Shown here: in pieces, positions 26,679 to 38,897 of the stretch | Layout: each line of letters opens with the position of its first letter | How positions within the stretch are numbered: position 1 is the stretch's first letter | DNA from: Octopus sinensis | Lineage: Eukaryota | NCBI RefSeq assembly: GCF_006345805.1 | Contig: NC_042997.1 | Location: 33,914,001-33,978,000, forward strand | DNA: 64,000 nucleotides | Direction: 5' to 3' | Made by a program: the position numbers and the translations under genes | The notes under the pieces: generated by a model | The model's input: only the letters and a program-made list of their open reading frames with translations | What the model was told of the DNA's origin: nothing | The model's database searches: none

Positions 26679-26869
26679 TCTTTTACTCTGTTACTTGTTT
26701 CAGTCAGTTGACTGTGGCCATGCTGGAGCACCGCCTTGAGTCGAGCAAATCGACCCCAGGACTTATTCTTTGTAAGCCTGTACTTATTCTATCGGTGTCT
26801 TTTGCCGAACTGCTAAGTTACGGGGACGTAAACACACCAGCATGGGGAAACAAGCACAGACATGCAAAC

Positions 26870-26915
<46 letters not shown>

Positions 26916-27083
26916 GCTTATGACAGGCTTCTTTCAGTTTTTGTCTACCAAATCAACTCAAAAGGCTTTGGTTGGCCTGAGGCTATAGCAGAAGACACTT
27001 GCCCAAGGTGCCTTGCAGTGGGACTGAACCCGAAACCACGTAGTTCGTAAGCAAGCTACTTACCACACAGCCACTCCTACACC
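26679..27083 (-). mobile_element. SINE family B
   Basis: Reverse-complement match. Confidence 0.85.
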
Positions 27084-27222
27084 TGTTAAACATTTCACAA
27101 ACTTTCATTTAATTTCCAAGAAACCTTGCTTATTTTCTTCAGTCATGTTTTCTCTTCTAGTCTGTTTTCTCATTCTGGCTTGCAAAACATTCTTGCTTAT
27201 CATCATTGTTCATATTTTATCT

Positions 27223-27621
27223 TACTCTTTTACTCTTTTCAGTCATTTGACTGTGGCCATGCTGGAGCACCGCTTTTAATCGAGCAACTCGACCCCGGCA
27301 CTTATTCTTTGTAAGCCCAGTACTTATTCTATCGGCCTCTTTTGCCGAACCGCTAAGTGACGGGGACATAAACACACCAGCATCGGTTGTCAAGCAATGC
27401 TAGGGGGACAAACACAGACACACAAACACACACACACATATATATATATACATACATACGACAGGCTTCTTTCAGTTTCCATCTACCGAATCCACTCACA
27501 AGGCTTTGGTCGGCCCGAGGCTATAGTAGAAGACACTTGCCCAAGGTGCCACACAGTGGGACTGAACCCGGAACCATGTGGTTGGTAAACAAGCTACTTA
27601 CCACACAGCCACTCCTGCGCC
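27223..27621 (-). mobile_element. SINE family B
   Basis: Reverse-complement match, near consensus. Confidence 0.9.
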
Positions 27622-28370
27622 TATCTTGTTACCAATTCTTATTCTTTCCCTATTAACTTCAGCTTAGTCATTCATTCTATGACATCTGTTTCTATTTCTT
27701 GCATTAATTTCATTCCTTACCACCTGAGTTAATGTTCCTTATAATTCCTAATTATTTTCTAAATCTAATTTCTTCACTTTGCGCTTTCCTCAATCTTTTC
27801 TTGTATTGTCTCTGCTTCTCTTGATTTTTGCTCAATGATCATTGTCCACCTTGACACACCAAACTCAGTAGTTCAGAAGCCCTTGGTTTTAGATAATTGG
27901 TAACACCTGTACCTAGGGTTTATTGTTACACGGAACATAGTTATTGATATAACAGATGATTGGAAACACTCCATACTTATGTGCACACATACACATGCTT
28001 ACACACGTGTGCACACACATACATACACACATGTGCACACACATACATACACAGCTGATTATTATCTGTGTGTTGTGTGTGTGTATAATGTGTGCATATA
28101 TGTGTGAGTGTGTATGTGTTTGTAGTAATCATTTAAATCTCTGTCTCTCTCTATTTGCACACCCATGTTTACTATTTGCTTTTTGCAGTGTGTTGTATTG
28201 AAGTGCTATCATTAGCACTTAAATATAACAAGTAGTGGATAAAGTAGTGGATAGAAATGTCCAACTTCCAATGTGTCACATTCACTACGGCTAAGAAGCC
28301 ATGTATCTCCTTGTCATTACTATATAGGTTGGGGAAGAGATCTTGCAGCATGATTTTGGATACAAATATA

Positions 28371-28601
28371 TATTTCTTTACTACCCACAAGGGGCTAAAC
28401 ACAGAGGAGACAAACAAGGACAGACAAAGGGATTAAGTCGATTACATCGACCCCAGTGCGTAACTGGTACTTAATTAATCGATCCCGGAAGGATGAAAGG
28501 CAAAGTCGACCTCGGCGGAATTTGAACTCGGAACGTAACGGCAGACGAAATACGGCAACGCATTTCGCCTGGCGTGCTAACGTTTCTGCCAGCTCGCCGC
28601 C
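28371..28601 (-). mobile_element. SINE family A with 16-bp target-site duplication
   Basis: TSD tttggatacaaatata at 28355-28370 and 28604-28619. Confidence 0.92.
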
Positions 28602-29444
28602 TATTTGGATACAAATATATATGAGTATATGGTTGTAGTGGTGGTGATAGTTGGGGGGGGGGCTTAACCATCAGGGGAGTGTTTAACTGATGGGCCATGG
28701 CTTATCAATGTTGGTGACAAGAGTGGAAGGTTTGTTACACCAGCAAAAGCTTTCGACACTTGAATAAATGAGAATTTATAGCATATACCCATAATTTAAT
28801 ATTGTTATACACACACACACACACACAGGGGGGGGGGAGCAGTTGGGGAGTTGTGTGTATCCAGTAAAATTGTGAAAGTTATGCAATGGATTTGTGCCTG
28901 TCATAGGTCACATATACATAATGAATCATCTTTTCGACATTTCATTATGCATTTTATTATTAAGAAATAAAAGTGAATAAAGCCATTTTTGTGCGTTCTT
29001 AAGTAGCTAACATTGCTTTTCTATGTTGTACTTGTTTCAATTACAATACATTTTCAGATGTGGTCACTTGCCAGACAAACACAACCTTAACATTAGATTG
29101 TATTTAAATTATCCAACTGGTTCTCTTAAAGGTAGTAGTTTGGCTGTGATATCAGATTTTATGTGTAATGATTATTTAGTGTATATTTTTGTATGGGTTC
29201 AAGAGGGCAACTGGTGAAATACATCAAATTAAATATGTAAATGATAGAGGACAGTTTGATAATCAGAGTTATTAAGGATTATTCATTGGTTTGGGACATT
29301 TATAGCTGCTGCTGTATAACCCCTGATGAGCTTTTATTACCAATGATAGATTCCTGTGGTGTAAAATATGTGACATTGTCAAAAGGGGAAAGCAAAAGTG
29401 TGTGCAATAGAGAGAGAAAAAGAGAGAAAGAGAGAGAGAGAGAG

Positions 29445-29519
<75 letters not shown>

Positions 29520-29805
29520 CAGTTTAGTCCCAGCCATGATCAGCCATCTTCTTTTCTATCTGGGATTACATTGCATTTTATTTTTGAAAGTGCTAAGGCA
29601 TGGTTTGATTTAATTTTGGCTGCTTTTTCTAGCAGATCAATAGACTGTATAGAAGCTTCTTTAGTAGTTATTCAATCCCAGATTGCAATAAATAGCAATA
29701 AATAGCAGTACAACTGTGATTGTCTCATCTATTTGTATATCACAGTCTACATTGTGCAATGCATCCTTCCTCGGCTGTGGTTACTCATGATCCAGACATA
29801 TCGAG

Positions 29806-29941
29806 CCCAGAAGGGCTCGATATGAATCACGACTATAAGATACCCGCTTTTGGTTAAACTGCACCGCAAAATGTGGGAGTAGTTAGGAATCTAAATCGAA
29901 GGGGACAGACACTCACACAACTACAGTTTTATATATAAAGA
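29806..29941 (-). mobile_element. Non-autonomous Helitron, 5' part only
   Basis: Reverse complement begins TCtttatatataaaactgtagttg, as in the copies at 36646 and 63193. Confidence 0.8.
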
Positions 29942-30246
29942 TATTCTCCTCTCAGATTCACACACTTATTGCAGCAGTCCTTCAGTTTTACTAAGCCCTG
30001 TAAAAGAATTCAGAAGATTGGGCCTCCAATCAGGCCTTTCAGCCCCCCCCCCCACCATCCCGCATATATGTGTTTTAGTTTTCTTTTGTTTTGTACATAT
30101 ATGGTTCTCAAGGCACAGCTACTGTAGACTATGTGCATGTTTGCGTTTGTGAATTGTTCTTTAACTTTCTCATGAAAACAAGTGGCATGGGTGTGTGTTT
30201 ATGCATCCATTGATGTGTGTGTCTGTTTGTGTATAAGTCTATGTAT

Positions 30247-30650
30247 AGGAGTGGCCGTGTGGTAAGTAGCTTGTTTACCAACCACATGGTTCCGGGTTCA
30301 ATCCCACTGCGTGGCACCTTGGGCAAGTGTCTTCTACTATAGCCTCGGGTCGACCAAAGCCTTGTGAGTGGATTTGGTAGATGGAAACTGAAAGAAGCCC
30401 GTTGTATATATGTATATATATATATATATATATAATGTATATATATGTGTGTGTGTGTCTGTGTTTGTCCCCCTAGCATTGCTTGATAACCGATGCTGGT
30501 GTGTTTATGTCCTCGTAACTTAGCAGTTCGGCAAAAGAGACCGATAGAATAAGTACTGGGCTTACAAAGAATAAGTCCCGGGGTCGAGTTGCTCGATTAA
30601 AGGCGATGCTCCAGCATGGCCACAGTCAAAATGACTGAAATAAGTAAAAA
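30247..30650 (+). mobile_element. SINE family B
   Basis: Match to family B; tail replaced by an A-rich run. Confidence 0.88.
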
Positions 30651-30684
30651 GAAAAAAAAAAGAAAAAGAAAAAAAAAAGAAATA

Positions 30685-30899
30685 TGTAGTGCTGAAAAGT
30701 TCCTGGCTTTAAGGGTTATTGTGAAAGGCCTGGTTGGAGGCCCAACCTTCTGAGTTCTTTTACAGGGCTTAGAAAAACTGAAGGATTGTTGCAATAAGTG
30801 TGTGAATCTGAGAGGGGAATATGTTGAGTAAAATCATAATTACCTGATCTTCCTGTATTTTCTTTAACCCAAGGCCAGGAGCATTTGAGTACACCCTTG
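30685..30899 (+). mobile_element. Mariner deletion derivative (MITE-sized)
   Basis: TA flanks; imperfect TIRs gtgctgaaaagttcctggcttt / aaggccaggagcatttgagtac; encodes a mariner-like C-terminus LQGLEKLKDCCNKCVNLRGEYVE*. Confidence 0.75.
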
Positions 30900-31190
30900 T
30901 ATATGGTTCTCAAAACAGATACTCTTGACACTGTGAATGTGTGATTGCATGTATTGTTGTTTAACTTTCTTCTGGGAACAAATAATATAAATGTGTGTAT
31001 GCATCCATTGATGTGTGTGTCTATTTCTGTATAAGTCTATGTATATATATCTCCATGTGCATGCATATATGTATATGTGTGTGTATAGTATTTGTTCATG
31101 TATGATTGTAGGAATATTTGTATATTATACTTATGCTTGTCAGTAAATATGTGTGTTTATACATATACTCATGTGCAGATATGTATGTAT

Positions 31191-31604
31191 TTACTCTTTA
31201 CTCTTTTACTTGTTTCAGTCATTTGACTGCGGCCATGCTGGAGCACTGCTTTTAGTCGAGCAAATCGACCCCAGGACTTATTCTTTGTAAGCCCAGTACT
31301 TATTCTATCGGTCTCTTTTGCTGAACCGTTAAGTGACGGGGACGTAAACACACCAGCATCGGTTGTCAAGCAATGCTAGGGGGACAAACACAGACACACA
31401 AACACCCACACACATACATATATATACATATATACATATATACGACAGGCTTCTTTCAGTTTCCGTCTACCAAATCCACTCACAAGGCATTGGTCGGCCT
31501 GGGGCTATAGCACAAGACACTTGCCCAAGGTGCCACGCAGTGGGACTGAACCCGGAACCATGTGGCTGGTTAGCAAGCTACTTACCACACAGCCACTCCT
31601 GCGC
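31191..31604 (-). mobile_element. SINE family B
   Basis: Reverse-complement match. Confidence 0.9.
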
Positions 31605-31802
31605 GTTGATGTTACACCCATTTTTCTATGCTAGAATGGGTTGGATATTACAGAGTTAATTCATATGAAAACTGTCTTGAAATACACTCAGTGTGTGTGT
31701 TCTTTGATTAGCAATATGACCCTCCCAATCCAAAGCACTTCAAACAATATCTGTTGCAACACAAGATTTCATATCAAGAATTTTGCCAAACTACTACAAA
31801 AG

Positions 31803-31872
<70 letters not shown>

Positions 31873-32999
31873 CACATACACACATATACATATTCATTTT
31901 CATATCTATTTGTTTCATGTATGTGGTCTACACACACACACACATATATAATACACACAGACACAGAGTTATACACTCATACTTATGTGCGTACATACAC
32001 ATTTTACTTATATAGGTAATGTATTGTATCCACTTTTCCATGCTAACAAGAGTGAGATAGTTTGTTGGAGCAATTGTTTTTACAGCTGGATGCCCTTTCT
32101 ACTAATAACAGCTCAACCGTGAAGTGAGTGGATGATGGGCTGCATATTTTTTCTCTCCTTTATACACAGAATTATTGACTTTCTCAAAACAATTTCTCTT
32201 CTTTCTTCATTGTTTTTCTCACAGTTTTTGCGTTTGTTTTCTTTGTTTGATTACTTCGTTCACTGGTCTACTTAGCCTCTACGATACATACACCCGCACA
32301 CACATATGCGAAGAAGAAAAACTACAAATGTGTACAAACACACATACACACACACACGTCTTTAGATGTAACTTATTAAATTAGATATTGTGATAGATAC
32401 ATCTCTGTTTGATGGTAATGTGCAGATGTTTTGAAGTCTGTAGCTTAGAGTCAAAATTGATCTTGAATTGAAATTCACAGCTCTCCTCTCTAATTCTTTT
32501 GATATGTGTTGTTTGCAAATCAAATTGAAACTATGGTTGCTTGGATAAGAAATTCACTTTGTAATCATAAGGTTTCAGGTTCGATTCCACTGAGTAGAAT
32601 TTTGGGCAAGTGTCTTCTCCCTTATCTTCAGTTTGACTAATGCTAAGACAGAGTTGGTAGACGGAAACTATCCCAATGCCATCATGTACACAATGCAGAT
32701 CTGGTTGTCATGTTGAACCTCCATGTTGTCCTCCTCCTCCTCCTCCTCCTCCTCGTTTAACGTCCGTTTTCCATGCTAGCATGGGTTGGACCTCTTTGTT
32801 GTAATTCATTCTCTCTCATTGCACATTATCATCTAGATGATCATCGAACCTGTGTCATGCTGGAGCAATTTTCAGCTTCACTACCTTCCTGTATCAGGTT
32901 TTCTTGTGTTTCTGAGTTCACCTAGCCCTTATCCTAAGTCACTGATCACTAGCCTATTGATTAATAAGACCTTCAGTGTCCAAGGGCTTCATAAGTACA

Positions 33000-33264
33000 T
33001 CGCACTACCTAGGTAAATCTATCCAGTTCGTGTGTTCACCTAATTGGTAGGTGATTGGATGGCCAGATGATTTTTCTGAAGTTTATGTTGTATGTAAATG
33101 ATTAAAACACTTGCTTTGCAGAACTTTAGCAGACTTGTTTCTTCCTCATTCTTTGTACCATGACCGTAGCTTCTGTGTACGTTGGGGAATCCATCATGGT
33201 GTTGCACAACGTGTCCAATAAAGCCACTGGCCTTGATAAAAATGTCACTGTCATTCATAGTCAA
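33000..33264 (-). mobile_element. RTE LINE endonuclease relic
   Basis: GFIGHV...GF..VH..YG.GTKNEE...LLKFC matches APE DFNGH/G.G..N.EG..LLEFC. Confidence 0.7.
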
Positions 33265-33440
33265 TATAGTTCATAAAAAGCCTTTGCGAAAATAGTTCTT
33301 TTGTTCATCTCTCAGTCCTGATTATTGTGTTTATGCAGAAGAAATTGTTGCTGTCATATTGCCCATAATTAGTCTAAGTATTGTATTATGTACTACCTTG
33401 ATAGTTTTTTTTATCTACCCATTTCACTACCAACAATATG

Positions 33441-33860
33441 GGATCTCTTCGGTTTGAACGGCAGTTTTTAACATAATTTCTAGGTAACTAAAAAATTTAA
33501 AACTTCGTATACCGGTAGAATGTGTTTATAAAACATCTTTTTCTCTTGGCTTTATTGAGAAAATTCTATAGTTTGTAAGATATTTGTTGTTGTTTTTCTT
33601 CAATTTCTGCAGTTTCAACCAATCACTGACGTCCATTGAGGTAAACAACATTCTGTGCCGTATGAATATGTCCCTCATTTAGGAAACAGATTGGGTTTAT
33701 TTACATTTGTGAAGAAAAAAAAGATACCCTTCCCCCCACCCCTAACCCTAACCCTAAAATAGATTTAAATGCAATAGATCGATACTAGGGTCATAATTAT
33801 GGGTGACAATTTCATATGACACCGCTAGAAAAAAAACTGCCGTTCAAACTGAAAAGATCC
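33441..33860. mobile_element. TIR MITE, Merlin-like or hAT-like (GG-starting TIR, 8-bp TSD)
   Basis: ~29-bp TIR ggatctcttcggtttgaacggcagttttt / aaaaactgccgttcaaactgaaaagatcc; flanks acaatatg and gcaatatg agree at 7/8 positions. Confidence 0.75.
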
Positions 33861-35174
33861 GCAATATGTGTATTTCACACCCTAGTACCGTTAAGTGAAA
33901 GTGCTTGGCTTAGTGGTTAGGGTATTCAGCTTATAATCAGAAGGCCATGAGTTCAATTCCTGGTGGCATATTGTCTCCTTGAGTAGGTGTTTTATTTTAC
34001 ATTGATGAAATCCACTCAGGTGATAAAAATAATTTGTACCTGTAGTTCAAAGGGCTAGCTTTGTCACATTCTGTGTCATGCTGAATCTTCCTGAGAACTA
34101 TGTTAAGGGTCTGCATTTCTGTTGTGTGCTCAGCCACTTGCATGTTAATTTCATGAGCAGGTCATTCCATCAATTGTATCAACTAGGACCCTTGTAGTAA
34201 ACGACAGAGTGTTGCTTAGTATTGCTAACCACCCAAAAGAACTTTGTACTTACTTTCTGTGTCTCGAGGAGTCTAGCTGAGGCTACCCTTCTATATTATT
34301 GTTTGGCACAAACATCTCACTTTCTCTCAAATATTTCTACATTCTCTCCTGATTTTCTTTCCTTGCACCGAAATTGATCATGGCTGATCTGAGGTTTTGT
34401 TCTTGACAGGAAGACAGGCGTTTCCAATGGTGAATTGGTAGATTTGTATCTATCTTCCTACATCTGAAAGGAAGAGAATTTGTGCAGACATTTCTTGATG
34501 GGTGCTACCTTCCTCCATACATCCACGTTATTTTTTCACTTATAATTGATTTGCTGTTTATTCTTTCATTCACCATCAAATTATTATCAATAATTATAAT
34601 TTTTGTCTATCCTGTATACGTTGCTTTTTTATTTGAGACCACAACAGGCCAGATATCAGAAACCATTTATATATGCACAATGATGTGTCTGCATTTGTCT
34701 GTCATTCTTTTGCTGCCTACTTTTCTCCATCTTTTGCTGCTGTCGTTTTCTCTGTGTGTGTATGTGTGTCCACACATGCACATTAATATCTATATATCCA
34801 TGTGTATGTCTGTATACACACACACAAACATATATATACTGTGATGTTTCCTATAGGTATATGTAGTAATGCTTTTCTTATGGGTAACATATAAACACAC
34901 ACACATATATTAGATAGTTTTGGTGCATCATACAAACAATGTATTGCATTAAGATGGATGAGGATGGTATGCAGGTATTGGGGAAATTCAAAATGTCTAT
35001 GAAGGTAAAAAAAAAAGAAAAAAAAAGAAATAGCCAGAAAATATGAAAAAGACATAAAAAACAAACCAAGATTGTCCTCACTTGGCAGTGGATTCTGTTT
35101 TTTCTCAAAATACTTGGAAGGTTCTAGAATTTTGAGAGAAAGAAGGAGAGTTATAATGTGTGTTTGAGAGAGAA

Positions 35175-35235
<61 letters not shown>

Positions 35236-36399
35236 TACAGCATTTTGCTACAGATTCTACTAATGCACAAAGAAGCATACATTCGTTCGTGTACATCCAC
35301 CCTGATACACATGAGCGTAGCACACCCTTCAACATTGAAGGAAAACTTAAAGGGAGAAAAAAACAAAAACAAAAACAGAAGAGAAAGCAAACAAAGTTAA
35401 AAAACAAATATGATAAAAGCATTTGAGTAACACACGAAATCTATTTGTAAGAGCAGAATTAAAGATTAAAAAAAAGAAGTTTCCAAGCATAACTAATAAC
35501 AACCAATTTTTGTGTTCCAATGATGAAGAGAGATAGGGGAGAGAGAAGAGAGAGGAGAGAGGAAAAAAACAAATCAAAGAAGAGTGAGGGTTAACAGAAG
35601 AAGAAGAAGAAAAAGAAGAAATTACAACCTTGAAAAAAAAACCCATATAAATGTAAAAAAAAAAAAAAAAATTAGCTTTTTTTTTTTTCCTTATTACTGT
35701 GAACTATCTCCTAATTAAGCATATCGCATATTATTTAAGATAATGTTATTAATGGCATGTTGCTACTGTTGGGCTTGTGTTGTCTTTTATTTTTTAATTT
35801 GGATTTACACGAAAGGAAGAATAATGTTCTGATGTCCTCTCTCTCGCTCTCTGTGTTTTTGCATCTGTGTGTTTTTGCATCTGTGTGTGCTTGCATGTGT
35901 GTGTGTGTGTGTTTTTTTTAAAGTTGTCGGGGGAGGGGGTGGTTCAGAAGAAAAAAAAAAAGGTGGAAAAAAAAAAGTGTGATGGTAAAATTGAAAAGAA
36001 TGTTGCTGTGCTATTTTTGCTTGAATGAATGAATGAAAGAATGAATGGAGAAATAACTTGAATGAATGAATGAATGAATAAAATTGAATAAAAGAAGAGC
36101 AAACAAAAGAGCAAAAATGGGTTGGGGGGTGATGGGGGCGGGGGTGGAGGGAAACAAATGAACAAAGAAAAAAAAAAAGAAAATGAAACTAAGGAAAAAA
36201 TAAAAAAAAAATAATAGCATTTACTAATCTAACTAATAACAGTGGGAGAATGTTGGACCTTTTCAGGTGTGAAAACATGAAGACAATAAGATAATAGGTC
36301 AGAGTTCAAGAGATATCAGAGAAACTCTGGAAGTGATGTGGCTTGACTTCTCACAAACAAAAGGAATCAAATACATACATGTGCATCCATACATGTGCA

Positions 36400-36484
<85 letters not shown>

Positions 36485-36645
36485 ACGACATACATGTATA
36501 CATATGTTTGTATGTACATAGTCCACTTTGGTACCAATTGGTTTTGAGTTCAACCTCACTGTCTGGCACCTGGCGCAAGTGTCTTCTACTGTAACTTCAG
36601 CTGATTGTTGCTCTGTAAGTGAAATTGGTTGATGGGAACTGTATA

Positions 36646-37033
36646 TCTATATATATAAAACTGTAGTTGTGTGAGTGTCTGTCCCCTTCGATTTAGATTC
36701 CTAACTACTCCCACATTTTGCGGTGCAGTTTAACCATATAGTTGTGATTCATATCAAGCCCTTCTGGGTATTAGCGCGCGTCTACGATGAGTCTACAATT
36801 TAAAAAATAATTTACCATCATTTTTTTCCATTTTAATGCATTTTTTCGCTATTATATAAGGAAAGTATCTCTCTAAAAATGTCTACGATGAGTCAACGAT
36901 TTAAAAAAAATTTACCATCATATTTTTTTCCATTTTTAATGCATTTTTTTGCTATTTTTTGGCTATAACTCTCTAAAAATGCTGTATAGTTATTTCCCTT
37001 ACAAACCCGAGCAACGCCGGGCGATACTGCTAG
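36646..37033 (+). mobile_element. Full-length non-autonomous Helitron
   Basis: 5' TC, 3' hairpin cccgagcaacgccggg then CTAG, inserted between A and T with no TSD; internal duplicated ~100-bp unit. Confidence 0.9.
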
Positions 37034-37909
37034 TATGTATATATATATGTATATAAGTTACGTCCACAGTGCTTTGTGCTTTTAACCTGGCACCAGCACA
37101 TTAAAAGTACTCACCATTATTATATACATATATATACATTGTTGGAACATATTCAAGAAGGATTCTGATTAGAGCTTTGTTTATAGTGTGATTCTGCCTT
37201 CCTTCTTTGGCTTGATTTCAGATTTTCATAGAACCAAAGGCTTTGTACATACAAGTGCATGTGAACACATGTGCATGTACACATGCATACAGGTATGGCA
37301 ATGTGCTTAAAAGGTTCACTCCCCAACTACATAGTTTCGGGTTTACTTCCACTGCATGGCACCTTGGGCAAGTCCTTTTGCTATGACTCTAGGCTGATCA
37401 AACTTATGTGAGTTAATTTGGTAAACCTGTTATGTGTGTGTGTGTGTGTGTCTGAAAAAGAAGTAATTTCTACTCTTCTCCTCTGGAAGCCATCTACTCG
37501 CAATACCAGAGGGCGCACACTCTCCTACCCTGATGTAATCTCCAGGGATACAGGCATCCAGCAACAGGACCTCCGTAATGCCATGATGGACCATGAAGTC
37601 TGGCGTAGCATGGTAAATTCTATTGTCTCGACCACGGTCGAACAATGATGATGATGATGATGTAAGTGTGTGCGTGCAGTATGAAAATTGTAAGCTATGA
37701 GTAGTATTATTGTTACTTTATCTGTCAACAGACCTTCTGCTCATTTTAAGCTGTTGAAGATGTGGGAAATAAAAGATCCCTTATTTGGAAAACAGGTAAG
37801 GGTTAGCAACAGGAAAGGCATCTGGCTGTAAAACAATGCCTCAGTAATGTATTCATCTAACATATTCTTGTAGAGTGAAACAGATGCAAAATGGACTAAC
37901 TAATATATA

Positions 37910-38140
37910 TATTTCTTTACTACCCACAAGGGGCTAAACATAGAGGGGACAAGCAAGGACAGACAAACGGATTAGGTCGATTACATCAACCCCAGTACGA
38001 AACTGGTACTTTATTTATCGACCCCGAAAGGATGAAAGGCAAAGTCGACCTCGGCGGAATTTGAACTCAGAACGTAACGGCAGACGAAATACCACTAAGC
38101 ATTTCGCCCGGCGCGCTAACGTTTCTGCCAGCTCACCACC
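37910..38140 (-). mobile_element. SINE family A with 14-bp TSD
   Basis: TSD ctaactaatatata at 37896-37909 and 38141-38154. Confidence 0.92.
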
Positions 38141-38897
38141 CTAACTAATATATACATTATAGTCATAGATATGTGGTTAAGAAGTTTACTTTTCAACCAC
38201 ATGGTTTTGGGTTCAGTTCCACTGTGTGGCACCTTGGGTAGCTATCTTTTTATTATAACTAGAGGACTGTGGACGTAACTTTACACTGAATTCTGAAGAG
38301 TTTTGACTAACAGGAATTTTGTAAAAAATATTTAACTGCTGCAGCCTGTTTCTTGTGTTGCAGTTTGTTAATTGTGATGTTAGTGATTTTTTTTCTTCAG
38401 CTTCAGCAGTATCTCTGCAGCATTCTTAAGAGTTTTCATTTAGGCTGCAATGAGTTGTTGGAACATATTCAAGAAGGATTCTGATTAGAGCTTTGTTTAT
38501 AGTGTGATTCTGCCTTCCTTCTTTTGCTTGACTTCAGATTTTCATAGAACCAAAGTCTTTGCACAGTTCTATTACACAGAATGGTGATATTGGAAATATT
38601 ACCTGCCTACACCAGTTTGCTGAATATAGTTATCAGTTACTCTCAGCCACCTGTATATTAATTATGGGAAGCCATGTACTTTTCCCATAGTAAGACACCT
38701 GTGCTGGTCCCTATGTCAAACTTTAGCCTTTTGACACTTGGCATAAAACCACTTCCCCTTCTCAGGTGCTCCCCCGCTACTTAGATTGTCAAGAGACTTT
38801 TTTGTGTGCCCTTTTCTTGTTTAGTATGTTACTTGGCAACCTCACTTATGCCAATCACATGAAGAAAAGCACCCAGTACACTAAAATGGCTGGCATT

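Noticed and set aside
29059-29131. Possible exon CGHLPDKHNLNIRLYLNYPTGSLK, phase-compatible with the 8064 donor
   Set aside because: The donor (gtagta) is weak and the joined peptide is unrecognisable; phase compatibility has a 1-in-3 chance.
37738-37797. Apparent AG...GTAAG-bounded exon
   Set aside because: The donor lies within a repeat-family motif (aacaggtaagggttagcaacaggaaaggcatc).
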